Positions 1-14,600 of a stretch of DNA of 64,000 nt are shown here, in pieces. The translations under genes were made by a program, and so were the position numbers. Where the stretch lies: positions 3,472,001 to 3,536,000 of the forward strand of contig NW_026889794.1 in assembly GCF_033153115.1 (NCBI RefSeq). Reading direction: 5' to 3'. This stretch comes from Saccostrea echinata. Taxonomy: Eukaryota. Under the pieces are notes generated by a model. It searched no databases. It was not told the origin of the DNA and saw only the letters and a list, made by a program, of their open reading frames with translations. How positions within the stretch are numbered: position 1 is the first letter of the stretch; each line of letters starts with the position of its first letter.

Positions 1-63
1 ATTCTTTTTTTTCCCTGACTAGCTGGAAATCATATAGGCTTATATTCTTATATTTCTGTACAC

Positions 64-3000
64 TTATCCAAACCAATGGTTGCCTTGGCAATCTCTGTTC
101 CATTCTTTTTCACACATCCAGCACCAATCAGTCTTGCACACAGTACACGTCATGTGCATACAACCCCCTGTAACAAAGAAACCATTACAAGAATACAAAT
201 AAAAAAATTCTTATATGTGCAAAATACAAAAAACATGGCCATTCCCACTTTTTTTTAATTTACAGAATATATAATGAACAAATAGTGCATTTTGGACCTC
301 AACTGAAAAAGAAACTTTTGGCCTAAAAAATAAAAATGATATTCAAGCTAGATCTAAAGTTATCAAATGTGTACACTGCATTTTGAACTTACTGGGAGAA
401 AAAATTTGATATTTATTTTTTTCCTAGAGATCATCCTTCCTCTATAAGAGTTAACAAAAAATGTCTGTATGTTGATTGCACATTACAGAAAGAAACATAA
501 CTGGTGTAAGCGGGTCTTTGTTTTACAGTGAAGACAACTCTGTCTTTACTTTACACTGAGGACAAGTCTCTCCATCTATTTTTTACACTGAGGACAACTC
601 TCCATCTTTGCTTTAAACTGACAACTCTCCATTCTTGCTTTACACAGAGGACAACACTCCGTCTTTGCTTTAAACTGAGGACAAATCTCTGTCCTTGCTT
701 TACACTGAGGACAACTCTCCATCTTTGCTTTACACTGAGGACAACTTTCCATCTTTGCTTTACACTGAGGACAACTGATTGTCTTTACTTTACACTGGGG
801 ACAACTCTCCATCCTTGCTTTAAACTGAGGACAACTCTCCGTCTTTGCTACACTGAGGACAACTGATTGTCTTTGCTTTCCACTGAGGACAAACCTACCT
901 CATCTTTTCTTTACTTTACCCCCCTTATATGTAGTATAAACCTATCAAAAGACTGTTTTTGTTTTACACACAGACTGTTTTTGTTTTACACTGAGGACAA
1001 CTCTCCATCTTTACTTTACACTGAGGACAACTGATTGTCTTTGCTTTACACAGAGGACAACTCTCCATCAACTCTCCATCTTTGCTTTACAATGAGGACA
1101 ACTGATTGTCTTTGCTTTACACTGAGAACAACTCTCCATCTGTGCTATACACTAAGGATAACTCTCCATCTTTGCTTTACACTGAGAACAACTCTCCATC
1201 TTTGCTTTACACTGAGGACAACTCCCTGTCTTTTCTTTACATTGAGGACAACTCATCATCCTTGCTTTAAACTGAGGACAACTCATCGTATTAACTTTAC
1301 ACTGAAGACAACTCTCCATCTTTGCTTTACAGTGAGGACAAACCTACCTCATCTTTTCTTCACTTTACACTTATATGTAGGATAAACCTATCACTAGACT
1401 GTTTTTGTTTTATACATAGACAAACTTACCTGATCTCTCTGTCTTTGCTTTATACTGAGGACAGGGTTTGGAGATTTTCTCAATGGTTTGCTATATCTTT
1501 GCTACACTGAGGACAACTGATTGTCTTTGCTTTACACTGAGGACAAATCTACCTCATCTTTTCTTTACTTTACACTTTTTTGTAGGATAAACCTATCACT
1601 AGACTGTTTTTGTTTTACACTGAGGACACCTCTCCATCTTTGCTTTACACTGAGTACAACTGATTGTCTTTGCTTTAAACTGAGGACAACTCTCCATCTT
1701 TGCTTTACACTAAGGACAACTATCCATCTTTGCTTTACACTGAGGACAACTGATTGTCTTTGCCTTACACTGAGAACAACTCTCCATCTGTGCTTTACAC
1801 TAAGGACAACTTTGCATCTTTGCTTTACACTGAGGACAGCTCCCAGTCTTTGCTTTAGATTGAGGTCAACTCACTGTATTTGCTTTAAACTGAGCACAAC
1901 TCATTGTATTTACTTTTCACTGAGGACAACTCTCCATCTTTGCTTTACACTAAGGACAAACCTACTTCATCTTTTCTTCACTTTACACTTACATGTAGGA
2001 CAAACCTATTACTAGACTGTTTTTGTTTAACATAAAGACAAACTTACCTGATCTCTCTGTCTTTGCTTTACACTGAGGACAGGGTTTGGAGATTTTCTCA
2101 ATGGTTTCCATAGATTCCAGCTCATATTGAGCTCTAAGAGCTTGCTCAAAGTTTACGTCAATCTCCTTTAAGAAAATATGGAAAAAACATCAGGTACACT
2201 TTGATTCTATTTTGCCCTCAAGTTTAAATATTCCTATAAAACTTTGTAGTAACAATGCCCATACCTACAGAGATCAAAATTAAAGCTCTAAGATTGAGGT
2301 TGAGTACATATATAAGAGAGATATCCATTCTTACAGTATTTCCTGCAGGATACTATATCTAATTCTTTAAAGGTGCTTGGACACAGATTTGAAGTTAATA
2401 CAGGTATTTTCTCAAATTTTCTGTATAATTTCATGACTTATATGTTGCTATAGCATTTCATACTAAAGTATAATAAAATTTTTATTTCATCTCGAAGTTA
2501 TTAAAACTTCGAATTTCTGGACGCGTTAGATTGACACATCATTGCACTTTCACATATTTTAATTTTATTCTTAATACTTAAGAAAAGTGGCAATTTTGTT
2601 GTGTATCAATGAAAAATATTAAAACCATAACCCAGAAAATTCAGCGTAGAATGTTTGAAAGCAAAACCCACTCACAGTATTGTAAGTCCGTGCTCAGTGG
2701 TGTGTGCAGAGTTTAACAATTGAACACACCCGGTGAATTGTAAACATTAACAATAACAGAGCTTGTGCCCTGTTTACAAAAACAGTTTACGTTTCACGGG
2801 TGTGTTCAATTTGTTAAACTCTGTACACATCACAGCGCACGGACTGACAATACTGGTGAGTTGGTTTTGCTTTCAAGCATTTCTACTCTGAATTTTCTGG
2901 ATTATAGATGTAATATTTTTCATTCATACATAACAAAATCGCTTCTTTTCTTAAATATTAAGGATAAAGTTAAAATTTGTGTAAGCGCAAAGATGAGTTA

Positions 3001-6000
3001 ATCAAACGCGTCCCGGAATTCATAGTTCCAATAATTTCCAGATAAAATAAGTTTTTAATTATACTTTCATGTGAAATGCTATTGCAATATATAAGTTGTG
3101 ATATTATACAGAAAATTTGAGAAAATATGAAGTTCAAATCTGTGTCTAAGCACCTCTAAATCATATGATGTGTCTCACAACATACATACATGTCTACGGT
3201 ACAGTGAACAAACTATTATTTGCAATAACTTTTATATGTCAATTTGAAATATCAGCAAAGACTAATTTTCTTGAGGAAACATTCTACACTGTACAATAAT
3301 GAACAATGAAATAAATAATTTGTGACAAGAAATATTCATGAGAAAAGCAAGGTCATGAAACTCACAAATATTTCTAGCATGCAAGAAGTTGGTTTACAGT
3401 ATACTGCATAATACCCAGCAAATGCACACTGAGGTACTTCAACTACCCTAGCCAGACTATCCTCTGCATCTACTAATTTGCATCCCATGCCTGAACATCT
3501 ACATCACTAAGAACATCTAATAAGCTTACCAGGTTTGCTGATGCCTCAGTGAGTTGTGTATTACACTCTTCCCCCGAATGGTAAGCACCTCGACATTCCC
3601 TGCAGAATTCATACTGGAAAACATTAAAAATTACTTCAAATGAGTAAAATAAGCAGAAAAATTTGGCACATCTGCCTAAAAGTATCATTATAAATTGGCT
3701 GAATCATTACTTCAAAAACCTCAAATGGAAAAATTTCACCCTTCTTTTCAATCTTCTTTTCAAAGAAGATTGCTTTGAAAATTACCTTTAAAACTGTAGT
3801 TTTGGAAATGAAAGAACAACATTGTACTACAATTCTTTTAATAGTGTATTTTGAGCTTTAATGGTCAATGTTAACTTACATTACAAGTGGGACATATGAC
3901 TTTGTGGTGCAAGTCTTCAATTAGAAACCCTGCCCCACATCCAGGGGCAGGGCACATTAGTCCCCCACTTTGCAGGAGGTACTCCTCAGCTCCAAAGTTT
4001 TTGTATCTCTCATACTGAAAAAGAACAGTTGCAATTCAAACTGGAAACAGGTTTTAGGGACTGTTAAAATATTTTTTACTTTACATCAATAAAATGAACT
4101 AGATTTACAGCATAAATGTTTCCCCCAGCAGAAAAGTGGCATACTGTGTTTTTCCACATTTGTCTACTTATTACTAAAAAAAAATGAAACAAAAAAAATG
4201 AAACTCAAGTGACTATTTGAAAGCAAGGAATACATGTGTATACCTGCTCAGATCCAAGTACACAAAAGTGATGAGCATCTTTTATCAAAGAGCTGGGACA
4301 TCCAGCTAAAAAGAAACATGAGGTTTAGATAATTGAGACAATTCTCTTACCAGTACTTTAAGGACTTAACGTATAGGTTTGATCAATATATAACTCAGGT
4401 ATTGTCATTCAGATTTTCTAGATTTCTGCCATATGACTTATTTTTAAAAAAAAAAATTAAAAAATAATCTAAATCTTTATGTCAAGGACACCTGGATTTT
4501 TTTACCTGGACAAGGAATACTGTATCCAGCATCTGGATCCTCTACAAATCTCCTCTCATTCAGCTGTATGACACAGTATGATATAAAGCAGTCTAGACAC
4601 ATCACATGTTTCTTAGCACATGGGAAAACCAGAACTGGATGACTGTTATCAGAATAGTTTATTTTGGTTCAATAAGCATGCATGCACTCTTAGTTAATGT
4701 ATATCAAATATGTTAGTTGGGCATACATGTACAATGATATATTTTGCAACAAAAAATGGCAAAAGCAAGAAAAACTTTCAACTTTTAAATAGAAACACCA
4801 AATTTTAAAAATAACAACAAAATCCGGCCTTCCATAAGGTCTGCATACACTGAACCATGTTTTATTGCTTAGTACATAATAAATTTACAGCAAATTAAAA
4901 TCAATTGCTTATTTCTTAAATAAATATTTCATAATATTATTTACATATAAATTAACTAAATCTCATTTCCACCTGCACTGCATTAAAATTACATGTACTC
5001 TGCTCTGTATCCAAAAAATAAAATACTGCCAACATTTTTACACTTAATTATGATGAAAAATTTGATGAATGGAATTATTGATGATTATTTAGAGATGATT
5101 AAAAATTTGACAAGTGGAAATATAAATTATTTCAAGTCATTCATCAATAACAGTTGAGTTTCCACTTTTACAGTATATGCTCAAATGATTTCACAGATAA
5201 AGAGGTACATATACTTATCCTTACAAGGTTTAAAAGCTTTCATATACTTACCTGACATCAGTGCAGGTAATGCATTCTGTGAGGTGCCTGTTGGGTTTAA
5301 AGTGTCTCAGCACGGCACACTGACCTTGTAGTTCATCAAGGTCACCATGATCTATGGTACATTTAAAGTAAAATTTCTGAAAAATAAACAGACATCTTTC
5401 TAGATATACAATCACTATCGTGTTTAATTTTTCTTTGAGTTCTGAAATGTAAATTATGAATACAAAGATAACATTAAAATCAGTTTTTAACTTTCAAAAT
5501 AGTCTGAATTTCAGTCTACCATGACATGATCTTCCATCTTGGTAAATGTGAATCATTTACATGTAATAAGTACGTGTATGTCTTTATAAATTTTAGGTAC
5601 ATCATTCATATAATTTGTTTTGTAAATATGAATCTTTAATTCAACATAGAAAGAGCTCTCCTCTGAATAAGAGAGATAACTCATACACTTACTGCTTCCT
5701 GTTGAGATCCACAATTTTGACAGTCTCCCTGGATTCGGCCTGGATGAAGAACATCATTAAAACTACCAGGTTCCTGTCAGTGAGTAAAACATCAATTTTA
5801 TCATGAGGATATGTTTATATTTTCAATCTTTTCAGGAAGTATTGCCCTGATGCTAAGAATAATATTGAAATTTTGTCCCTTGATTGTCTTCATGGAAAAT
5901 GATAACTGCCCTTTCAATGACTTGAGGAAGAATCATATTGCTCAGTGAGTGAATAGAGAAAAAATATTTTTTCCTGTAAAGTCTGATAAGCAATTTCATT

Positions 6001-9000
6001 TTCATGTAAATTACGTGAATTTGATTTGTCAAGAAACATTTGTTAAAAAACACTGTTACCCTCCAGCTTGATAGAACTTAGCAACAGTCAACATTGCTTG
6101 AAAATGGAAGATATTCCAAAAAAATATTGATGGTACAGAATCTATGTGTGTGCACTTCACCTTTATCTGTATAAAACATTCAGCATAATATAATAAATAC
6201 TGCAGGAAGTTGATGGTATCACTGAAAAATTTCCCCCCTAAAAAGCCATTGTCAACTGAGGCTGCACCTCGATTGACAAAGGTTTTCTTGGGGTGAAATT
6301 TTTGAATGTTACCCTCAACTACATGCAATATTTATATAACGTTACCCTGTGACAGACATCACCAAGAATGATATGTGCCTGACTTAAGGAAACATATTGG
6401 TCTGTAACTGATATATGACCAGATGAAGGATGATATTACCCTATATATGCTTGCTCTGATGAAAAATGAGACTGCCAAACTGAACTGATTAAGGTACTTG
6501 TTTACTCACGATATTTTAACAACAACGGGTCGCCGTAGTTATAAATGTCGTAAATTCAAAGAGTTGTGTGAATGAATAGTTTTGTATTTTAAAACTATAT
6601 GTAAGAGTTACACATTACATATACAACTAATATTTGTGTCTTTCTTATTCTAATATATATAATTTATCGGAAATATACTGTTTACGACATATGCCGTATA
6701 TCAGCGCGGTAAATTGTAAACAATCGTCTGTCATTTAACATCACCGATGCATCATGACACGCTGGAAGAAACATGGTTTCTCAAAGAAAATATCCCAGTA
6801 CAGAAAAAATTCTCAGCTGCTTACGAATCGCTGGGCAGAAAGTAGGATTAATTTAGACCATAATTATGATGTCAATCGATCTACCGAGGATGAGACTGGA
6901 CATGATGACAACATACATGTAATTGTTCCAGAACCGGCAGGTAGCGACGTTCCCGTCTCCTTCAACGACTCAGAAAATTCTAGGTAATGCTTAAGTCTAA
7001 GACCATAAATTATTAGAAACTCTTTTTCTGTAGGTGTGAATACATACATGTAAATCTTTCGGCAAAAATATTGTTGCCTACATAAACACTGATAAAGATC
7101 TAGAGGTCGAGGGATATAATAATCAAATCCATCACCTGTTAATCTGACAATATCAGTGACATGTATCCTCCTCAACTGCTGAATCCTATTCACTTTTAGT
7201 GCATAAATAAAGTATAGTTTAAAATGATATGAACGTATAATGAAAGCTTTGACTGCCAAATATTTTTTTTATTTCTTTATATATGAATTATGATATAGGA
7301 TTATAAGAATGATTCAGTTTAATTGCATGATCAGTGCATAATTGTTATTGATCATTTAACTTAATGCAAACAACACTTTTTCTAAAGATATGACACTGCT
7401 TGGAGAGAAGGAAGAAGGGTGGTTGAGTTAGGGGTGTTAGCAGATGGGCTCTCTGGTTGTGAAGTTTGTGGCATTCCTCTCCATCTTTCTCATACCATGG
7501 GAATACTAACTTGTGGATTAGGTTCATTCCTGAAAGTCCAATGTCAAAACACAACATGTCAGCATGTAAATAAAATAGCAACTGGAAAACGCCATGGAAA
7601 GATATGGGATGCAAATACCAAGCTTGCCACAGGTACATATTTTGTATTTATTTTTCAGTTACAGTACATGTATACATGTATTATAAAAGGACCAGGTTAA
7701 TTTCCTGTCATGAATATATTCTATTTTTCATAAATACATCTGTCAGTGAATTATATATTTTTAGGAATGGTGCATACAGGCATGGGACCTTCTCAGGTGA
7801 ATGCACTTTTAACTTCATTAAATATCCCCCCAATCAGTTCTAGGACACTGCAAAACAGACAAAATGAAACAGGAACAGTTATGGAGAAAATTGCAGTAGA
7901 AAGTACCAGAAGCAGCCTTCATGATGAAATTCAGGCAACTGTAGAGTATGTACATGTAGAAAAACATATCCATTGTAATATGAAAATATTGGTTTTGAAT
8001 ATTTAGGACACTAATTAAAAATATATTTGATATAAATGAAGTTATAATGTGTTTATCAGAATGTAAATGCATAGATGATGTCATTTAGAATCTTAATATT
8101 TCTATTCTCAAATATATTCATCTTTAACATATTACATGTAAGCAGTAAATCCTACCATTTTCAATTAAAGATTTTAAGATAGTTTTCCTAAAGATATACT
8201 GCATAGTAACCTATTATTATATAAAATGCTCATTTTAAGAGATTAACCACAATTAAGGTGGGAAAAACCAACTAGCTTCATGTTTCTGAAAGCTTTCCTG
8301 TGATTTTTAAGGTGTGAAGGTACAGACGAGCTAACAGTAAGTGTTGATGCAGGGTGGCAGAAACGAGGCAGTGGGCGATCCTATGACAGCCTCTCTGGTA
8401 TGTTGTGCATATTTTTTTATACCCCCCGTTTGAAAAGTGGGAGGGTATATAGTGATCGGTATGTCCATCCGTCTGTACATCCATCTGTCTGTACGTCCGT
8501 CTGTTATGCTTTGGGGTACCCATCTCTTATCCACAACTCCTCTTATACCACTGGATGAAATTTAATGAGACTTTCACAGATTCTGTGTTACATAGTGCCA
8601 CTGTGCACCTCCTATTTTACTTTTTGATCGGACACATATTTTGGGTTTCCAAGAGCAAAACATGGACACTGTCATTCTTTTTATAATATTGGAGGGTACC
8701 CATCTCTTATCCAAAACTCCTCCTATACCACTGGATGAAATTTAATGATACTTTCACAGATTCTTTATTACATAATGCCATTGTGCACCTTCTATTTTAC
8801 TTTTTGTTCTGATACTTATTCGGGACTCCCAGAGCAAAACATGGACCTTGCCTTTATAATCATATGGGAGGTGGAGGGGTATCATTTAGTGAGCTCATTG
8901 CTCACAGTACCTTTAGTTTTCTTTTAAAAGGAGTTGGATGTATAACAAAGTAAAACTTCAATTGTTTAAATTATTTTGAATTAGAATTGTTATACCTATT

Positions 9001-11568
9001 TTATACAATATTTATATATTTAAGGAATGTTTTTAAGTTTTGTGTGATTTATTGGTGTGTAAATCACACAGACTTGTCACGTAGGCATATTTCATGAAGC
9101 GTGCTAGCGCTTCATGAAAAATATGCCTACGTGCAAGTCTGTGTGATTTACACACCAATAATTCACACTAAACTTAAAAACATTCCTTGTATTTACATTT
9201 TACATATTCCAAAGCACCAATAATGTACTCAATATTTGAATTTCTTGCTGCCCTATATCGTTACATTTTTATTTACGTCTCTGTAGCCTCATTGTGACGT
9301 CACTTTAGCTCGTGTTTCACCGTGGATATTTCTACGCGTGAGTTTACACAAAAATGACTTTCAAATCAATTTCACAGTTGGCTTAATAGAAAAACATAGC
9401 AAATGTAAATATTTTATAATAAATATATTTCATAACAAACATATTATATACCGGTATATATTTTATAATAAATTCATTCCTTAAATAACTCAATCTGCAT
9501 GACTTTTTATTTGAAACAATATTTTTAGGTCATTGCTCAATGATTGGATCTCAGACAGGCAAAATCATTGACTATGAAATACGAACAAAGTGTTGCAAAA
9601 TTTGTGAGAGTGCTACAAGAAATGGAAAAGACCCCAAAGATCATGACTGCCGAAAAAACTGGGAAGGTACATTGTATTTTATTCTCTGAGAGAGAGAACT
9701 GATCCACCTATCCTTTTCTCTCTATTATTCTCACTTTCATTAATAACTAATCATGATGCAAATGCATGTACTTTAAACTGCTTGAAAGTACTTGTGGAAA
9801 ACAGAGGAAGCAAATTTATTTTGTGAGAGACATGTGAACCAATATATCCCATGAGTATGGTGTCTAGATAGGGCCTTTTACAAAAGCTCACCAGTGATTT
9901 CAGAAAAGCAGGCCTTACAACAACAACACATCAAGTGAACACAACTTCCCACAACACGAAATCACACTTGCACGCAACATGTCATTGCACTCACAGGAAT
10001 TTTAAAAAATATTGTAAAACAACAACATTGAAGAATACATTAACTTGCTTTAATAGTATATACATGTAAATAAAAATGAAAAAGTGAAGTTATGTTTTCA
10101 CACTGTATTTGTTAGAAAAAAATCATGGAAATTCATTTAAAATCATAGCAAAAATTATGTGTAAAAATATCATGATATTATCATGATATTTTTTTAAAAT
10201 CGTGATATATCTTGATATAAAATTTTGGCAATACCCATCTCTAATAACATAGGTAACTCTATTTATCAGATTACTTTTATCTGATAACCCCATACTTGAC
10301 TTTATTTGAGGGAATTCTGCAAAATGATCCATTTAAAATGAGTTGTAGAGTGTATATATTGTAAAATATAAACAGTTCTAGTAGCACATAAAACCTTTAA
10401 CTAGCTACGATAATTTCATCTCAAGCTTAATTGAACTTTTTTTATATAGGAATCTCTAAGGCGATGGAAAAGGATATGGTGGCTAAAATGGTCTCCAGAA
10501 AAGTGGAAGAAGGGGTGAACATAACAAATGTGGTTGCAGATGAGGACACCACTACCTTTTGCCATTTGAGAAACGTCCACAAAAACATTACAAAGATTAG
10601 TGATAAAAACCATATAAGGAAAATTTTCTCTTCAAATTTGTATGGTTTACAATTAAAACACAGATCACTGAGTACTAAAGTTATTCGGTACTTAGTAAAA
10701 TGTTTTAATTCCATGATATCACAAAACAAAGGGAATCCAGTGGGAGTACAGAGAGGGTTGGATGCACTAAGCAGACACCCTTTTGGAGATCACAGTGCTT
10801 GCAATGAATCTTGGTGTTCCCATATCAGCAATCCGAAACAGAAATATTCTGCTTTGCCATATGGGAAACCACTCAAGGACAGCCATCTTCAAGAGTCCCT
10901 TCAACTCATCTGCTCCAAGCTACTGAAGGACACTTCCAAACTTTCAAGATTAGGAAGTACACAAGCAAATGAAGCATTCAACAAATCTGTCTCCCTAAAA
11001 GCTCCTAAGAATCATCACTTTGGTGGATCTGCAAGCCTCAGTTACAGAGTTGCAGCAAGTGTTGCAGAGAAAAATGCAGGGCAGACATATTTGGTTGAGG
11101 TAAGTCATATACATGTATAGTTATGCAGCTGAGTGATGATGACAACTTAAAATTTCATAGATTGAATATTAAGGACACAAGTGAATCAGTGATATATTAT
11201 TTATTTAGCTTTAACATTATAACATCATACTTTTAATAGGTGAACAGAAGAGTTGGTCTCTCTCCAGGAAAACACACCAGGAAATTCTGCTATTTGCGTG
11301 ATTCTCAATCAAGAAAGAGAAAAGCCATCGCAAGAACAAAGAATGCAAAGAGGAAAAGAATGCAACTGAAAGCCAAGAAGTGAGATTTTTAAATTTAAAG
11401 CTGTTATAAGTATTACTCCACCTCCAACCTCTTTGTGGGGCTTGATTGTGTCGAACTACTCAGTCTGTCACATACCTAGAGCTTTACTGTATCATGATTT
11501 TTGTAAGGTGTATATAACAATAGTATTAAATGTTGACAGTAAAAAATTAGTTGTGTAATTCATGCATA

Positions 11569-11651
<83 letters not shown>

Positions 11652-14600
11652 CTTTGCCCTTCTTGATAAGTTTGGAAAATCAATTTAGTTTTGAAGTTTC
11701 AAATAGTTCATTTATTGATATTAAAAATTTTACTGCCTTTATAGATGCCAGACTACAGCCTGTAAAGAGATAAGAGAGGGGCCTACATATCAGTCTGGAG
11801 TTGGAATCTCTGATTCCAATACCGTAGTTGATGAAATTCCACCACCGTCATCTGCACCACAACCACAGAGTTTGTCAACCAAAGACAAAAATTTTGTCGT
11901 CTTTGACCTGGAAACAACAGGACTTGGTATTGAATTCTATTTCTCTAAATTAAATCTTGTACAATTAATTTTAAGGAAAACTTCAGAAAAGTTGTCTAAT
12001 ATATTATAAATCATAAAAGAAAGCCAATGCTGATTTTGGTTAAAAAAAAAAAGGTTAATGAATGCCATTGTTGATTTTGTTATTTTTTTTTTTATTTAAT
12101 GAATGTCAATGCTGATTCTTTTTTATTTCAGCAAGAACATCACACATTCTGCAGGTGGCTGCCATTTGTGGGAAGGAGACATTTTCTTCCTATGTAATGC
12201 CTAAGAAGCAAATTACACCCTCTGCCTCCACAGTTACTGGCCTAAAGCTTGATAATGGAACCCTCTATCACCATGAGAGGAAAGTCAATGCTGTTTCAAT
12301 TTCAAGTGCACTTGGTTCTTTTTTAAGCTTTATTGAGAAGCAAGGCAATGTTATTTTAGTTGGCCACAATGTCAAAAGTTTTGATGTTCATGTTCTTTTT
12401 CATGCTCTAGATTCTTGCTCTCTGTTAGATCGAATGTCAAAATGTGTACAAGGTTTTTTAGATACCAAATTTCTATTCAAACTTGTCCATCCCAATTTGT
12501 GTTCATATAGACAGGAACATTTATCAGAAGTATTGTTAAATTGTACTTACAATGCACATGATGCTGTAGAGGATGTTTCAGCTTTACAAAGGTTATTTGA
12601 CACTGTTCATTTTTGTGATGATGAACATTCATCCTCTACATTTACATTTCAGTATGCTTTGAGTGTCCATAACTACCAGAAGGTTGTAGATAGAAACATT
12701 CCATCCTTAAAATGTTTAATTGATAAAAATGTTTTGAGTGTCAGAATGGCAAGGAAGGTGGCAGATAGTGGCCTAAACTTTGATCATCTCAGATTAGCAC
12801 ATTCTAGAAGTCCTGATGGAATTTATGATCTATTCACTGAGCAGTGTGACAACAAATCTGTCAGAGTTACAAAGTGCAAGAAAATTATTGATATTGTTAC
12901 ACAGTTTTTCATGTCTTTAAATGAAAGTTAAATGTCTGATCATTACATGCATAATCCCTGGAGTGTTGCATTCCTGTCTAACAAACATTGAGGTCATACG
13001 TACAAAATTAATGAAAGAAGATGATTATTAGTTAAATTATATGAACATTTATATTTTGCCTTGAAAATGGATCAAGTTAAGTCATGTAAGAAAAAAAGTA
13101 CATTCTTTCACTTTGTTCATGCAGTAATTCATTTTTAACTTATTAATCATTATATTTATTACATGTAAATTATTAATTTATCTTAACTTAATGTTTTAAA
13201 ATTATTTTAAATTTTATGGAATGTGTTTTTATATATTATGAAATTTTGTATTTACTCTTTCGGTTTTACTATTATTTAAACTGAGAAATATGTGAAAATT
13301 GGAAAAAAGGATAGAGAAAATTCGAAATATTATAATTAAGTTTGTTTCCTTTTTCTTTAAAATGTCAATTTTTACAGTTCAAAGTATCAGACAGGGTGAC
13401 ATGAAAAAGATTTTGTTAAGTACATCAACTTTTTTTATTGTACATCTTAAGGTGAACATAATGAAATATCGTATGAAATTGAAAAAAAAACAGAGGAAAT
13501 TCAGGTTATTTTGTAACAAAATATCGCAATATTTTGATCATTGACACCCACTTTGTAATTTATTTTTATTTCTTTTAGGGTGCTTTATATATGTATAAAT
13601 CAACCATTCAGAGTTATCATCAGTCAAATTTTTAGAATATTTGAATGAAAAAAGGTTCATTTTTATGCATAAAATGTTATAAAACAGAGGAAATTCGAGT
13701 TGCAGAAAATAAAAACGTGATCGATTTTGGAAATGATTTTATGTTATTTTTAAGATAACACTTTAAATAATAAATTCACATGATAAAATGTTTCATTTAT
13801 GTGCTCTCAAAAAAAATATTGTGAAAGATGGAAGTAACCTTTAAAAATTCATATCTACAATGGTGAATTCATGCTATAATTTCATTGGCTAATAGGAAAA
13901 AAAGTAGGTCATTGACCTAGATGTTTTAAAGTGGATTTCGTCAAAACATACATATGTCTTACTAATTCAATTGCTGAGTTTTGATTATCATCAGTGGAAT
14001 TTTTTTTTATTCTGAGTAAACAAGTACCTTAAGTATGATTTCTTTGTGACTGACCTGATGGAGAATAATATTGCCTTGGAGACATTTTCCACACACTACT
14101 CTTAACTTTCCTGGTTGAAGGGCATTACATTTTTTACAGTATACATAAAACTGGTATGGGTGTGCTGAAAAAAAAAATGCAGCATGTAATGTACAATTTA
14201 AAATTCATCAGCACAATGTATAAATGTACAAGTGTACAAACAGTAATAAACTGGATACAGACACTTTTTTTTCCTTTTATGCCTCATGCTCTTCTCTTTG
14301 GTCTGTACTTGATTCATTTAATTAATTATCAATTTGAGAAATGTGACTACATCATGGCTTTAGTCTATTACCAATCATTACATTTTATCTGAAAAATTAT
14401 TTACTGAACAAGAGGACCTGAATAACTTTCACCCCCATGTTCTCCAGAAGATTTTTAAGAGAATTTTATATTCCCATGAAAAATAATGAGCCCATATTAA
14501 AGCCCCACCCTAATTCTAAGGGGTCTCTGATTCCACACTTCTTCAATATCAATATGATTTATGTGGCCTTGCAGTTCTGGAGAAGAAAATTCCTTTCCTG

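Larger units (their letters stand above)
6493..14028 (+). mobile_element. Full-length autonomous Kolobok DNA transposon (exonuclease-encoding, KolobokE-like) in parkin intron 3
   Basis: Perfect 16-bp TIR GGTACTTGTTTACTCA (6493-6508) / TGAGTAAACAAGTACC (14013-14028), flanked by TTAA at 6489-6492 and 14029-14032. RR..YY termini and an internal transposase gene. Confidence 0.92.

Noticed and set aside
528-2015. ORFs with LCFTLRTT repeats (+) and MESCPQCK repeats (-) as stand-alone genes, or the array as CRISPR
   Set aside because: By-products of a 30-bp minisatellite. There are no unique spacers or cas genes, the context is eukaryotic, and minus-frame units are interrupted by TAG.
12155-12931. 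Independent host exonuclease (PML-like) gene
   Set aside because: It lacks its own Exo I motif and ATG, splices in frame to the upstream transposase exons, and lies within the TIRs.
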